From an uncultured delta proteobacterium (GTDB lineage: Bacteria; Desulfobacterota; Binatia; Binatales; Binataceae), in the NCBI GenBank assembly GCA_963794325.1, contig CAWCDG010000002.1, forward strand, positions 480,001 through 544,000: a DNA stretch of 64,000 nt, given 5' to 3'. Below, piece after piece: positions 52,289-62,494 of this stretch (positions are counted from its first letter, which is position 1; every line of letters begins with the position of its first letter). The notes below the pieces were generated by a model. That model did no database searches, had not been told where the DNA came from, and saw only the letters and a list, made by a program, of their open reading frames with translations. The position numbers and the translations under genes are program-made.

Positions 52289-54181
52289 ATGCGCCAACGG
52301 GGTATCCGTTCGACCGTTCTCTCGTTTCTGATTGCAGCGGCCGCCGCGCTGCTTATTTCGCCACCGGCGCGCGCCGATAATGCGAAGAATCAGTTCGCCG
52401 GTTACACCAAGTACCAGTGGTATCGCGCGCACTACGACGTGAACGCCGACGGCACCCATGTCGAGAAGCAGGCGTGGTCGCTCAAGGTGCTGACGGAGCA
52501 GGGAGTGGCCGAGGCGCAGCAGGCGTCGGTGAGTTTCAGCGATCGCCTGCAGACCCTGGAAATTCTCTCGGCCTACACGCTCAAGAGCGACGGACGCAAA
52601 ATTGACGTCCCGAAGACCAACTTCCAGGACGAGGCGAACGTCGGAAAGGGCGACCAGGCGCCGATCTTCTCGGATATCAGGACCAGGACCGTGGCGTTTC
52701 CGGACGTCGCGGTCGGCGACTCGGTGGTGTTGTCGTATCGGTTGACGCAAAAGGAGGCGACGTTCCCCGGGAATTTCTCGTTGCTCGAGTCGTTTTCGAA
52801 GTTCGAGGTTTACGACGCGGTGGAGATAAGCGTCAGCGCGCCCAAGTCGTTGGGCCTGCGCGTTTACGCGCGAGGCGTCGAGGGAGGCGAGGCGCCGTCG
52901 TCAGACGGTCGCAGCAACTGGGCGTGGTCGTACAAAAACCAGAATGTAGCGACGCCCGAGACCGCTTCCGTCTCACCGCTCGACTACGGCCCCTTGATCG
53001 TCGTCACGACGTTTAAGGATTACGGGGCATTGGCCGACGCTTACAATGCCCGTGCGAAAGTTAAAGCAGAGCCGACCGATGGCATCAGGAAGTTGGCGGA
53101 CGATCTGACGAAGAATGCGCATACGCCGCGCCAACAGGCCAAAGCGCTCTACGAGTGGGTGTCGCACAATATCAAGTATGTCGACAATGAGGTTGGGGTC
53201 GGTTCGGTGGTGCCGCACGCCGCCGATCAGGTGCGTCAGAACAGGATGGGCGACTGCAAGGATCACACGACCTTGCTGCAGGCGCTGCTGGCCGCCAAAG
53301 GTATCGCGAGCATACCTGCCCTGATCAATTCAGGCTCCTCATACACGCTGCCCGACGTGCCGTCGATTGAAGTGTTCGATCACGTGATCAGCTACATTCC
53401 TTCGCTCGATCTATTTGCGGATTCGACGTCTGAGATTACGCCGTTCGGATCAATTCCAGTCGCAGAAGCGGGCAAACCCGTCCTGCTGACCGCCAATTTC
53501 CCCGGTATTCGGCATACCCCGAAGGAGAATTGGAAAGAGAACGGGTCGTACAGCAAGACGGTGATGAATTTCCATTCGGACGGCTCCTCGGAGGGCGAAA
53601 CGCAGGTCGATGCCAAGGGCGAGTATGCGGACGAAACCCGGTACCGGATGACCTATATACAGCCGAACATGGAAGACTCGCTGATGCGTTCGGCGCTGAC
53701 GCGGAACGGCTTTTCGGGAACCGGGACGCTTATCAAGGGCAATATCAAGGACATCAGCCCGTCGTATCGATTCGGCAGCGATTACAAGTTGATCGATGCG
53801 ATCGACCTGCCGGGGCCGGGCGCGATATCTCTCCGCTCGCCAATCGAATGGCAAGGCGGCGTCGGAAGTTTCCTGCGCGGCAGCAATGACCCGGATCCGA
53901 CCGTCAATTTCGTGTGCGGCGGCGGCTATTCAAGAGAGGAGTTCATCTACAACCTGCCCAAGGACGTGAAGGTGCTCGCCATACCGCGGAACGTCGAGAT
54001 CAAAGGCATGTACCAGACATACAAAGCGACCTATCAGCAGAAAGACGGCACGGTAACCGCGATGCGGGAAATCGAGGATCGCACGCCGGGGCCGGTCTGC
54101 AGGCCGGAGGTCGCGGCCGAGTACAAGAAATTCGCCAAGAGTGTCAGGAAGGACCTTCACGCGCAGCTCTTGTACGAATGA
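52289..54181 (+). CDS. DUF3857/transglutaminase domain protein
   Basis: Signal peptide, FPDVAVGD, GDCKDH, FDHVI. Confidence 0.88.
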   Translation: MRQRGIRSTVLSFLIAAAAALLISPPARADNAKNQFAGYTKYQWYRAHYDVNADGTHVEKQAWSLKVLTEQGVAEAQQASVSFSDRLQTLEILSAYTLKSDGRKIDVPKTNFQDEANVGKGDQAPIFSDIRTRTVAFPDVAVGDSVVLSYRLTQKEATFPGNFSLLESFSKFEVYDAVEISVSAPKSLGLRVYARGVEGGEAPSSDGRSNWAWSYKNQNVATPETASVSPLDYGPLIVVTTFKDYGALADAYNARAKVKAEPTDGIRKLADDLTKNAHTPRQQAKALYEWVSHNIKYVDNEVGVGSVVPHAADQVRQNRMGDCKDHTTLLQALLAAKGIASIPALINSGSSYTLPDVPSIEVFDHVISYIPSLDLFADSTSEITPFGSIPVAEAGKPVLLTANFPGIRHTPKENWKENGSYSKTVMNFHSDGSSEGETQVDAKGEYADETRYRMTYIQPNMEDSLMRSALTRNGFSGTGTLIKGNIKDISPSYRFGSDYKLIDAIDLPGPGAISLRSPIEWQGGVGSFLRGSNDPDPTVNFVCGGGYSREEFIYNLPKDVKVLAIPRNVEIKGMYQTYKATYQQKDGTVTAMREIEDRTPGPVCRPEVAAEYKKFAKSVRKDLHAQLLYE

Positions 54182-54247
54182 ACATATCGGCGTCAGCGTT
54201 GAGGCGCACTGCGGACGACTAGCGGGCGCTCGCAGTGTCCTGGTTTC

Positions 54248-54418
54248 AGTGGGGCGGGCCGCCGTGCCCGCCCCTTCCTCAAGGTTGCGGCTACGTCCAG
54301 CGATGCTCCCTATTACGGCCGGCGCCTGCGGTAGAAGTAAAATGAGTCACTCATCGGTAAGCGTGGGTGCGGACGCCCGCGCGTCGATGGCGGGCACGGC
54401 GGCCCGCCCCACTATAAA
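54248..54418. repeat. REP/REPIN-like element, copy C
   Basis: Unit 54345-54418 matches copy B except one base; inverted 25-bp REP at 54248-54272. Confidence 0.9.
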
Positions 54419-54547
54419 ACCAGAAGCTCTGATTCATGGTAACTGCGCTATTTTTGTACCGGCCGTAGCGATTTTGAAACCAGGACACCACGCCGGTGCT
54501 TGACCCGCTACCTTGGCGCACTGCGGTGGACTAAAGTAGCCGTTCTG

Positions 54548-55963
54548 ATGGCTCGCGATAACGGCACTCACCAATTCACCGAGCACGGCGCATTGAATCA
54601 TGTGCCGTTCTACGCCAGCCGGCCGGTGCGGATCGCGCTCTACTACGCGCTCGGCGGACTGATTTGGGTGGCAATGTCGGATCGGGTGCTGTCGCTCATG
54701 CCGGCGCATTCGTACACCCTCAACCGGCTGATGTTCGTGTGCGTGAACGCGCTGCTGCTCTACCTGGTCGCCGCCCGTTACATGAAGACAATTCGCATCT
54801 CGGTTGCCGCGCGAGAGGAAGCCCTGGTGCGTGCGCGCGGTTATTTCGAGTCGTCGGTCGAGGGAATTATTTCAACCGACAGCAACGGGATGATTCGCCA
54901 GCTCAATCCGCGCGGTCAGGAGATGTTCGGCTACCATGAAATGGAGCTGGTGGGTCAGCCGATCGAAATCCTGGTGCCGCGGCGATTCCACTATCGTCAC
55001 GAGGCGCATCGTCAGGCATTTTTCGGTGCGCCGAGATCGCGCGCGATGGGCCGCGGGATGGAGATTGCGGGACGCCGAAAAGACGGCAGCGAATTTCCCG
55101 TCGAGATCAGTCTCAACGTCGTGCATATGCATAAGGGAAAGCTGGTGATCGCGTTCATCTCGGACATCACCGAGCGCCGCGCGATGGAGCGGGAGGCGCG
55201 CCGCAATGAAACCGTCGACGCGCTCGCCGCGGTGGCAGCCGGAATCGCGCACGAACTCAATAATCCGCTGGCCGTGATGGCCTCGCGAATCGAGCTGATG
55301 CTGGCCTCGGATCAGGACCTCAGCATTCAGACCCGCAACGACCTGCTGGTCCTGCAAAAGAACATCGAGCGCGCCAGCCGCATCTCGCACAACATGCTGT
55401 CGCTCGCGCGTCAGCGCCCCGGCTCACGCCAGACCGTCGACATGAACGTCGCGGTCGAGGAGGCGATGCTGATTGTCGGCGCCGAGCCCAAGGGTGTCAT
55501 GCTGCGCTACGAAACCAGCCTCGATCGGTCGCTGCCGCCAATAATGGCCGAGCCCACCGGCATCGAGCAGGTGCTGATCAACTTTGTTCTGAATGCGCGC
55601 GACGCGGGCGCGCACCTGATTCGAATCGAGACGGGGCCGGCGCCCGGACGTGCCGCGAGTCTTCGGTTGTCGATCTCGGACGACGGCGCGGGAATCCCAA
55701 GCGACGTGCTCGGCAAACTGTTCCAGCCTTTTTTCACGACCAAGGCAAAGGGGACTGGCTTGGGTCTATGGCTGAGCCAGCGGATCATCCAGGACCACGG
55801 CGGCAATGTCGCGGTCGAGTCCGAGGTCGGCAAAGGCACTACCTTTACGATAACTCTGCCGACGATGGGCGAGTCGTCGTCGGAGCGTGTACCGCCTGCG
55901 CGTGAAGAACGGCCAGAGCCGATACAAATCGCCGCGGCGCGAACCAGTCGATCGGGTCGCTAG
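54548..55963 (+). CDS. PAS sensor histidine kinase
   Basis: 2 TM, PAS (RRKDGSEFPVEISL), IAHELNNPL, FFTTKAKGTGLGL. Confidence 0.92.
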   Translation: MARDNGTHQFTEHGALNHVPFYASRPVRIALYYALGGLIWVAMSDRVLSLMPAHSYTLNRLMFVCVNALLLYLVAARYMKTIRISVAAREEALVRARGYFESSVEGIISTDSNGMIRQLNPRGQEMFGYHEMELVGQPIEILVPRRFHYRHEAHRQAFFGAPRSRAMGRGMEIAGRRKDGSEFPVEISLNVVHMHKGKLVIAFISDITERRAMEREARRNETVDALAAVAAGIAHELNNPLAVMASRIELMLASDQDLSIQTRNDLLVLQKNIERASRISHNMLSLARQRPGSRQTVDMNVAVEEAMLIVGAEPKGVMLRYETSLDRSLPPIMAEPTGIEQVLINFVLNARDAGAHLIRIETGPAPGRAASLRLSISDDGAGIPSDVLGKLFQPFFTTKAKGTGLGLWLSQRIIQDHGGNVAVESEVGKGTTFTITLPTMGESSSERVPPAREERPEPIQIAAARTSRSGR

Positions 55964-55970
55964 CTAGCCG

Positions 55971-56345
55971 GTGGCTGCGCAAACAAAAATTCTGATTGTT
56001 GACGACGAGCGCGACCTGGTGGACGCATACGTCAGGCTCCTCCAGCGCGCCGGTCACATATGCATCGCCGCATTCGATGCAAATGAAGCAATCCAGCTAA
56101 TCGACGAGCAGTCGCCCGACCTGGTGATAACCGACCTGAGTCTGCCCGACACCAGCGGCATCGAGATCATTCGTCACATCCGCGCGAAGTCGCAGACCAC
56201 GCCGATCATCGTGATGTCGGGCCATAACACCCCCGAACTGAACAACGCCGCCCACGCCGCAGGAGCAAACTTCTCACTCCTGAAACCAGTGTCAATCGCG
56301 GAGCTGCAGCGTGTGATCGTCGAAGCACTCGCACTAGCGCACTGA
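55971..56345 (+). CDS. Single-domain response regulator
   Basis: IVDDE, PDLVITDLSLP, MSG, LKP. Confidence 0.92.
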   Translation: MAAQTKILIVDDERDLVDAYVRLLQRAGHICIAAFDANEAIQLIDEQSPDLVITDLSLPDTSGIEIIRHIRAKSQTTPIIVMSGHNTPELNNAAHAAGANFSLLKPVSIAELQRVIVEALALAH

Positions 56346-56401
56346 CCGACGCGCACGAGGGATTCCTAACTGTCCCGGCTGATTCCGCTACGATTCCAGC
56401 G

Positions 56402-56962
56402 ATGGCACGTGAACGGACTACCGCCGCTTTCGGTAAAGTTACGATCGTGGGCAGCATCTAACGACCTGTCGCATCTTAACCCATTCACTTTCGAGTTCGT
56501 GTGCTTGAAAAGGGCGGAAGGCCGCAGCAACGATATGCAATCGACGTCCTTTTCAGCTGGCACTGTTTCACCCGCGGAATCGCACCAGGTGAAAACTTCT
56601 CCAGGGCACTGACTTACAGTCGCGGCCGCGAGACTCGCCTGTTCGACGAGCGCCGTTATCATCTCTCAAAGAAATTACCAGGCATCCTCGGAGGTATCGG
56701 CTCGCGAAAGTGCTTCCACACGGGTAGAGGCAACTTCTTCACGGTCGAACTGCTGGACGAGGAAGGAAACCGGATCGAATATACGATCTTTTTCAAAGTG
56801 TCGCGGCGTTCGAAGCCTCGCGAGCTTACTCTGCGAGTTGAGAGCGCTTACGTCCGTGGCGGTCGCGTGCCGCTTAGGCGGTCGCATCCGCCGCGTCCGA
56901 TTCGCTTCTCGGTCATCGCGTACAACACGGCCACAGGAAAGCGAATCAAGGAGCCAAAATGA
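56402..56962 (+). CDS. Putative BECR-like ribonuclease/toxin; two apparent frameshifts (~56460, ~56500), may be a pseudogene
   Basis: Joined frames give ...IYDLSHLNPFTFEF...YAIDVLFSWHCFTRG...RLFDERRYHLS..LP...CFHT..GNFF...YTIFF...LRVESAY; fold is inferred. Confidence 0.55.
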
Positions 56963-56991
56963 AAAAGGCCCTTCTCAGAAGGACCTTTTTC
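56961..56991 (-). terminator. Intrinsic terminator, probably bidirectional
   Basis: Minus strand GAAAAAGGTCCTTC-TGA-GAAGGGCCTTTTTC; the single mismatch is a U-G pair only on the minus strand. Confidence 0.75.
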
Positions 56992-57092
56992 CAAATCCGC
57001 TGGGAACCTCTTGGCTATCACCACACTTGGGTGGAAACCGGAACCGGAATTCCGGCGGGCGAGCGCTTGCACCCAGCTTGGGCGCTCTTACA
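56961..57092 (-). ncRNA. Putative structured small RNA convergent with the upstream gene
   Basis: -35 TTGTTT (57127-57122), 17 nt, extended -10 TGnTATCGT (57104-57099); hairpins, 6-bp pseudoknot and terminator. Confidence 0.5.
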
Positions 57093-57139
57093 CTCGAAAC
57101 GATACCAAATGTAGCCACCGCAAACAAACGAGGACTGAG

Positions 57140-58265
57140 TTAGAGGGTGCGTTTGAACGAGACGCTCGCCAGGACCAGCATCAGGACCATGAAAATCAGC
57201 AGGAATCCTATGTCGCCGCTTACGGCGGTGAAGTCGGCGCCTTTGAACAGGATTTGTTTGATGGCGCTCACCGAATGAGTTTCGGGATTGAAGTGGGCGA
57301 AGGTTCGGAGCCATGGCGGGAAGCTTTCAACCGGATAGATCGCACCGCTTGGGAAGAACAGGATTACGTTCAGAAATCCTGAGAATGTTCCGACGAGGCG
57401 CGGATGGCCGGCGCGGCCGAGCATCGAGAACGTCATCGCGAGCAGGCCGGCCGCAGCTGATGATGATTATTCCGATCAGCATCAGTAGCGCCGTCGGGCC
57501 GCCGATGAGATGGCCGCGGGTGATCAGCAGTCCCAGGAACAAGACCAGCACGCCGCCGATGCTGGTGACGGTTACGCCGCTGGCGAGGATGCCGCCGGCG
57601 ATGTCCCATCGTGAGAGCGGAGTCACCAGGTAGCATTCGGTGACGCCCATGAATTTGTCCATCACCCAGTTGAACACGCCCGACATCAGCGAGCCCATGA
57701 AGATGGCCATCACGATGACGCCGGGGATGAGCGAGCGATCGTAGTCGACGTACGGGAACAGCCAGCCCGGGCGCAGCGAGATGTCGTTGAGCTTGGGCTC
57801 GCGCGCGGTGACGAACGCGACTCTCACGGTGGCGGCGGCCTGATCGAGCACGCCTTCGAGCGTCTGCGAGCTGATGCTGTCGACGTTGTCGGTGAACAGA
57901 CCGATCTGCGCGATGCGGCCTTCGGCGACGTCGTGGCTGAAGTCGGGCGGGATGACGACGACGCCTTTGTAGATCCCGTCGCGCACTTCGTTGACGGCGC
58001 TGCCCGGGTCGGTCTCGAAGGTGACGTCGACGGTCTTCGGTCCGGCCTGCAGCGCGAGCAACTGTTCGACGATCCGGCGCGCGTAGAGTCCGTGATCCTG
58101 CTCGACGACGACAATCGGCAGATGCTTGAGCTGGCCCTGGAAGGAGTTGCCGATGATCACGAGATAGACGATCGGCATCAGGATGACCGAGACGAGCGTG
58201 ATCGGATTGCGCGACAGCTTCTTCAAGTCGCGCCGCATGATGGCGAGGAATTTCAGCCCGAACAT
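57140..58265 (-). CDS. ABC-2 type permease; frameshift ~57455
   Basis: LIPGVIVM, LVTPLSR, FPSGAIYPVESFPPWL, NPETH. Confidence 0.88.
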
Positions 58266-58275
58266 CGCATTGTCC

Positions 58276-59283
58276 TCAGCGCTGCTGCGGCATCCCGGCG
58301 CCGACGAACAAGCTGACCTTCTTGGCCGGCTCGTCGCGGAGCGTGCGCCCAGTGAAGTGGATGAAGACGTCTTCGAGCGAAAGTTTCTGCACGGTGATCG
58401 AGGTCACGCGATCGCCGGCTTTTTCGACGGCGTCGAGAACCATCGGAATCGCGTGAGCACCGTCGTTGGCGGAAAGCTGGAGTCGGTTGCCGCCGTCGAG
58501 ATTCACCTCGCGCAGATACGGCATAGGCTTCAGCATCTCGGCGATCGCCGCAGGATTTTTTTCGACGACCAGATCGATCCGATCCGCACCCGGCACCATC
58601 GATTTGAGTCCGACCGGCGTATCCATCGCGATTATCTTGCCGCCGTCAACGATTGCGATCCGATCGCACAGCGACTCTGCCTCGTCCATGTAATGCGTCG
58701 TGAGCGAGATGGTGATCTCGCTTTCCTTGCGCAGCGTCTCGAGCAGGTCCCACACGGCGCGCCGGCTTTGCGGGTCGAGGCCGATAGTCGGCTCGTCCAG
58801 GAACAATACGTCGGGCGAGTGAATGAGGCCGCGCGCGATTTCGAGCCGGCGGCGCATCCCGCCTGAATAAGTGGCGACCAGATCGTTGGCGCGCTCGGTC
58901 AACCCGACCAGGTGCAGCAGGCGATGCCCGCGTTCGCGGCGCTCGCGGCGTGACAGGCCGAAGAACTCGCCGTAGATATCGACGTTCTCCCATCCGGTGA
59001 GATCAAGGTCCGAGGTGAGCGCCTGCGGTATAACGCCGATGTTCTCGCGCACCTGGCGCGGGTGGCGCGCGACGTCGAAGCCCATGACGAATGCCTGGCC
59101 ACCGCTGGGCGTGACAAGCGTCGTGAGCATCCGCACGATTGTCGTCTTGCCGGCGCCATTGGGCCCGAGCAGTCCGAAGACCTCGCCGCGGCGGACTTCG
59201 AAGTTGACCTTGTCGACCGCGGTGAACGCGCCGAAGCGCTTAGTCAGGTCTTTGGTTTGTATTGCTGGTGAGTCGGGTTCCAT
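58276..59283 (-). CDS. ABC transporter ATP-binding protein (DrrA-like)
   Basis: GPNGAGKTT, YSGGMRRR, LDEPT. Confidence 0.93.
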   Translation of the reverse strand: MEPDSPAIQTKDLTKRFGAFTAVDKVNFEVRRGEVFGLLGPNGAGKTTIVRMLTTLVTPSGGQAFVMGFDVARHPRQVRENIGVIPQALTSDLDLTGWENVDIYGEFFGLSRRERRERGHRLLHLVGLTERANDLVATYSGGMRRRLEIARGLIHSPDVLFLDEPTIGLDPQSRRAVWDLLETLRKESEITISLTTHYMDEAESLCDRIAIVDGGKIIAMDTPVGLKSMVPGADRIDLVVEKNPAAIAEMLKPMPYLREVNLDGGNRLQLSANDGAHAIPMVLDAVEKAGDRVTSITVQKLSLEDVFIHFTGRTLRDEPAKKVSLFVGAGMPQQR

Positions 59284-60127
59284 CGTTGCGCGGAAAAGTG
59301 ACTTCCGCGGTCATCCCCGGTTTGAGTTCGCCTTCGGCCTGCAGCACCTGGACTTTGACGTAGAAGGTGCGAATGTCCTGTCGTCCGCGGCGCACGTCGC
59401 GCTCGGTCGCAAACTGGCCTTCTTGTCCGATCGCCATCACGCGGCCGGTGAAAATCTGCGGTGGCGTCGTCGGCAGTTCGACCTGCGCCGACTTGCCGAT
59501 GTACAGCGAGCCCAGGTCAGTCTCCTCGACGTCGACGCGCGCCCAAATCGTCGACAGGTCATCGACGGTCAGAATCGGCACACCGGGCGTCACCCATTCG
59601 CCGACTTCGAGCGCCTTGCTGACGATAACGCCGTCGACCGGTGCTTTTATCTCGGTGTCCACGATCTGATCCGAGTAGTACTTTGCGTTGGCCTGCGCGC
59701 TGAGCACGTCGGCCTCGTCCTGCTGGACGGTGGTGATAGCATCGTCGCGAACCTTGGTCGCAACCACGTTGGCTTTGGCCAGTGCTTCGTCCCGCACGAG
59801 GTCGCGCCGCGCCTGCGCCAGGTTGGCTTGCGCATGAGCGAGGTCGGCTTTCGACTTCGCCAGCTGATTTCTCAGATCGATATCTTCGATCAGCGCTACG
59901 ACTTGTCCTTTCTTGACGTGATCGCCTTCGATCAGATCGAGCTGCTTGATGCGTCCGGCGATTCGGCTGGTGATATTTACTTCGGGCGCCTCGATCATCC
60001 CGACGACTTTGATCGTCGAACGATCCTCAGGCGGCCACAGGTAGGCGCGTCCGAAAAAATAAAATCCGAAGATGACGCCGGCCAGGATTGCCAGCCGAAT
60101 GATCCGGCGAACCAGGGTTCGGATCAT
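59240..60127 (-). CDS. HlyD family efflux adaptor
   Basis: EGDHVKKGQ, IKAPVDG, LKPGMTAEV. Confidence 0.9.
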   Translation of the reverse strand: MIRTLVRRIIRLAILAGVIFGFYFFGRAYLWPPEDRSTIKVVGMIEAPEVNITSRIAGRIKQLDLIEGDHVKKGQVVALIEDIDLRNQLAKSKADLAHAQANLAQARRDLVRDEALAKANVVATKVRDDAITTVQQDEADVLSAQANAKYYSDQIVDTEIKAPVDGVIVSKALEVGEWVTPGVPILTVDDLSTIWARVDVEETDLGSLYIGKSAQVELPTTPPQIFTGRVMAIGQEGQFATERDVRRGRQDIRTFYVKVQVLQAEGELKPGMTAEVTFPRNDGTRLTSNTNQRPD

Positions 60128-60786
60128 TGCGGATGCACCGGCTTGAAAGTCTGTGCCGGGTCCGCGCCGAGCGATCGTAAAATCAGGTTGCCCAGCTCGC
60201 GGCTTATTTCTGATACCGGGCGGCTGGGTCCGTAGTAGAGCAGCAGCGATCGAATCGCACCCTGGATGGTTAGCGTTGCAAGCCGCGGATCGACGCGGGT
60301 GAACACGCCGATGCGGATTCCTTCTTCAATCAGCGATGCGAAGAAGTTGAAGCCGCGCTCGCGCGAACCCTCGATGATGCGATTGCGCGCCTCGGACAGG
60401 CGCGGTTCCTCCATCGCGAAGAACTGAAGAAAATCACGCCGCTGATCGTAGAACTCCACCGTCACCGCGATCGAACGGCGCATCCTTTCGACCACCGGTA
60501 ACTTCGGATCGGCGCTCGCCTGATAGGTGCGGTAGGCGGTGTCGAGGCCGTCGTTGAGCACGCCGAGGTAGAGGGCGTCCTTCGACGGAAAGTAGAGATA
60601 TAACGTCCCTTTGGCGACCCCGGCAGCCTCCGCCACGCGGTCCATCGTGACGGCCTGGTAGGCTTGATGGGCAAACAGCTTGAGCGCAGCGGCGAGGATC
60701 CGCTGGCGCTTGGCAGACTGCTCGTCGTGAGGTTGAAAGGGGTGACCATTGGAGATTCCAGCCGAATTTGTTTGTATTCTATTCAT
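60124..60786 (-). CDS. TetR family regulator
   Basis: VAEAAGVAKGTLYLYFPSKDAL. Confidence 0.93.
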   Translation of the reverse strand: MNRIQTNSAGISNGHPFQPHDEQSAKRQRILAAALKLFAHQAYQAVTMDRVAEAAGVAKGTLYLYFPSKDALYLGVLNDGLDTAYRTYQASADPKLPVVERMRRSIAVTVEFYDQRRDFLQFFAMEEPRLSEARNRIIEGSRERGFNFFASLIEEGIRIGVFTRVDPRLATLTIQGAIRSLLLYYGPSRPVSEISRELGNLILRSLGADPAQTFKPVHPQ

Positions 60787-60789
60787 AAA

Positions 60790-60801
60790 CTGACCAGTCA
60801 G
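60790..60801. promoter_or_regulatory. Candidate TetR operator
   Basis: CTGAC-CA-GTCAG directly upstream of the tetR start. Confidence 0.6.
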
Positions 60802-60930
60802 TCATAATATGAATGGCCGACAGGAGCGAGTCAACGGCCTCTGAAGATGGTACCGTTCATTCGGACTCTACGAGCTGCGGAGCCGAGCTGGCTGTAGAGT
60901 GGGGCCGACATATCGGCGGGGGAAATACAA

Positions 60931-62169
60931 ATGTCCGATCGGAGGGGAGGCGCACCGATCCGGTTCGCGCCGCGAGAGGGTTACGAGTCAGGGCGAGAGG
61001 GAATCGACGAGTATCGCCGCGCTTGGCGATATCGTGCGGCGCTCTCGATGCTCGCGTTCGTTCTACTGATTGCAAGTCCGGCGCGGCCGGCGAGTACCGA
61101 CAACCAGGACAACGACAACGACTTCGCGGCACCGCTCGCGGCCAACAAAATCGAGTACTCGTTCGTGTTCATGGGATGTAACCGGATCTTGAAGGGCGAC
61201 ATATCGCCTGACAATCCGAGCACTGCGAATCTGGCCCAACTCGAGCGCAGCTTCACGGAAATCGCGGCGCTCAGGCCGCGCCCCAAGTTTGTCGTTTTCA
61301 CCGGCGACCTGGTGGTTGGACTGACCACCGACCTGAACGTGCTGCGCAGTCAATTGGCGAGCTGGACCGACGTGTACCAAAACTCCGACCTCGGCCGGGA
61401 CCGGAAGATTCGACTGATCGCGCTCCCCGGAAATCACGAATCGCTGTTCGGCGTGAAGGGTTCGCAGCAATCGAATCCCGGCGCCGAAGCGGTATGGCTC
61501 AGCCTGATGCAACCGTATATCGCCGGCAACAATGGTCCCCCAGCCGGCGGCCCCGACAATCTGCAAACCGATCAGGCTCAGCTCACCTACTCGTTCGACT
61601 TTCGCGATTCACATTTCGTGATTCTGAACACAGATCCGTTTGGAGCAGTGGCGACGGTCCCACTTAACTGGCTCCATGGGGATTTGATGGCGGCGGTCGA
61701 GCCGACAATCACTTGAAGCATATGTTCGTGCTGGGTCATAAGCAGGCTTTTAGTCCCGCCGATTCGAACTCGGAGCAGGCGCTGGATTCCAATCCCGACA
61801 ATCGCAACCAGTTCTGGGACGAGTTGAATAATGCCGGCGTCGGCTATTACCTGGTCGCCCACGCCCACCTCTGGCACTTCAGCACGCCAGTCTCTCCGAT
61901 CTCGATGCATGCAGCACACCGTGCAAATCATCGCGGGCAACGGCGGCTCGAAGGAAGACCCGATATGGGAGGCGGCCGGCAAGGATTTCTATTACGGATT
62001 CACCCTGGTGCAAGTGCTCAAGAACGGCAAAGTGGTGATGAAGAGTTACGGCCGCGATTTCGATGCGACGAATTATCTGGCGCCGTCACCGCCGTCCCTG
62101 TTCCCAACCACGATTCGCGAGATGCTGGAGTTTCCCCAGGCCAGTAGCGGCATCTGTTCGGGACTTTAA
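60931..62169 (+). CDS. Secreted calcineurin-like metallophosphoesterase; frameshifts ~61705 and ~61910
   Basis: FTGDLV, PGNHE, VLGHK, AHAH, QIIAGNGG across three frames; start uncertain. Confidence 0.75.
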
Positions 62170-62214
62170 AGCCGCACTCGATCTGCTAATTTAGGGCGTG
62201 CCGCAAAAGCACTC

Positions 62215-62291
62215 GCGCCCGTAGCTCAACTGGATAGAGCATCAGACTTCGGATCTGAGGGTTGGGGGTTCGAATCCCTCCGGGCGCGCCA
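62215..62291 (+). tRNA. tRNA-Arg(UCG)
   Basis: Acceptor GCGCCCG/CGGGCGC, anticodon arm TCAGA-CTTCGGA-TCTGA, GGTTCGAATCC, encoded CCA. Confidence 0.95.
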
Positions 62292-62494
62292 CACTCCGAC
62301 GCGGGTTTCCCGCACTGCGAATATCTCGCGTATGCCTAGTGACTCCCGGAGACTCCCCGGAGGTCATCCAGCGCCGAGGTCGCTATCCTCTGGATACCGA
62401 AAGGATAGCGGGCGCGACTGTGTCATCGCCGGACCCTGTGGTGACTTGAAGTTTTGTTGTGCATGGGTAAGCCTTTCAGCAACGAGGAGGGGAA

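Noticed and set aside
62341-62362. GACTCCC(C)GGAG tandem after the tRNA as an att site
   Set aside because: Does not duplicate the tRNA 3' end; no partner copy or integrase seen
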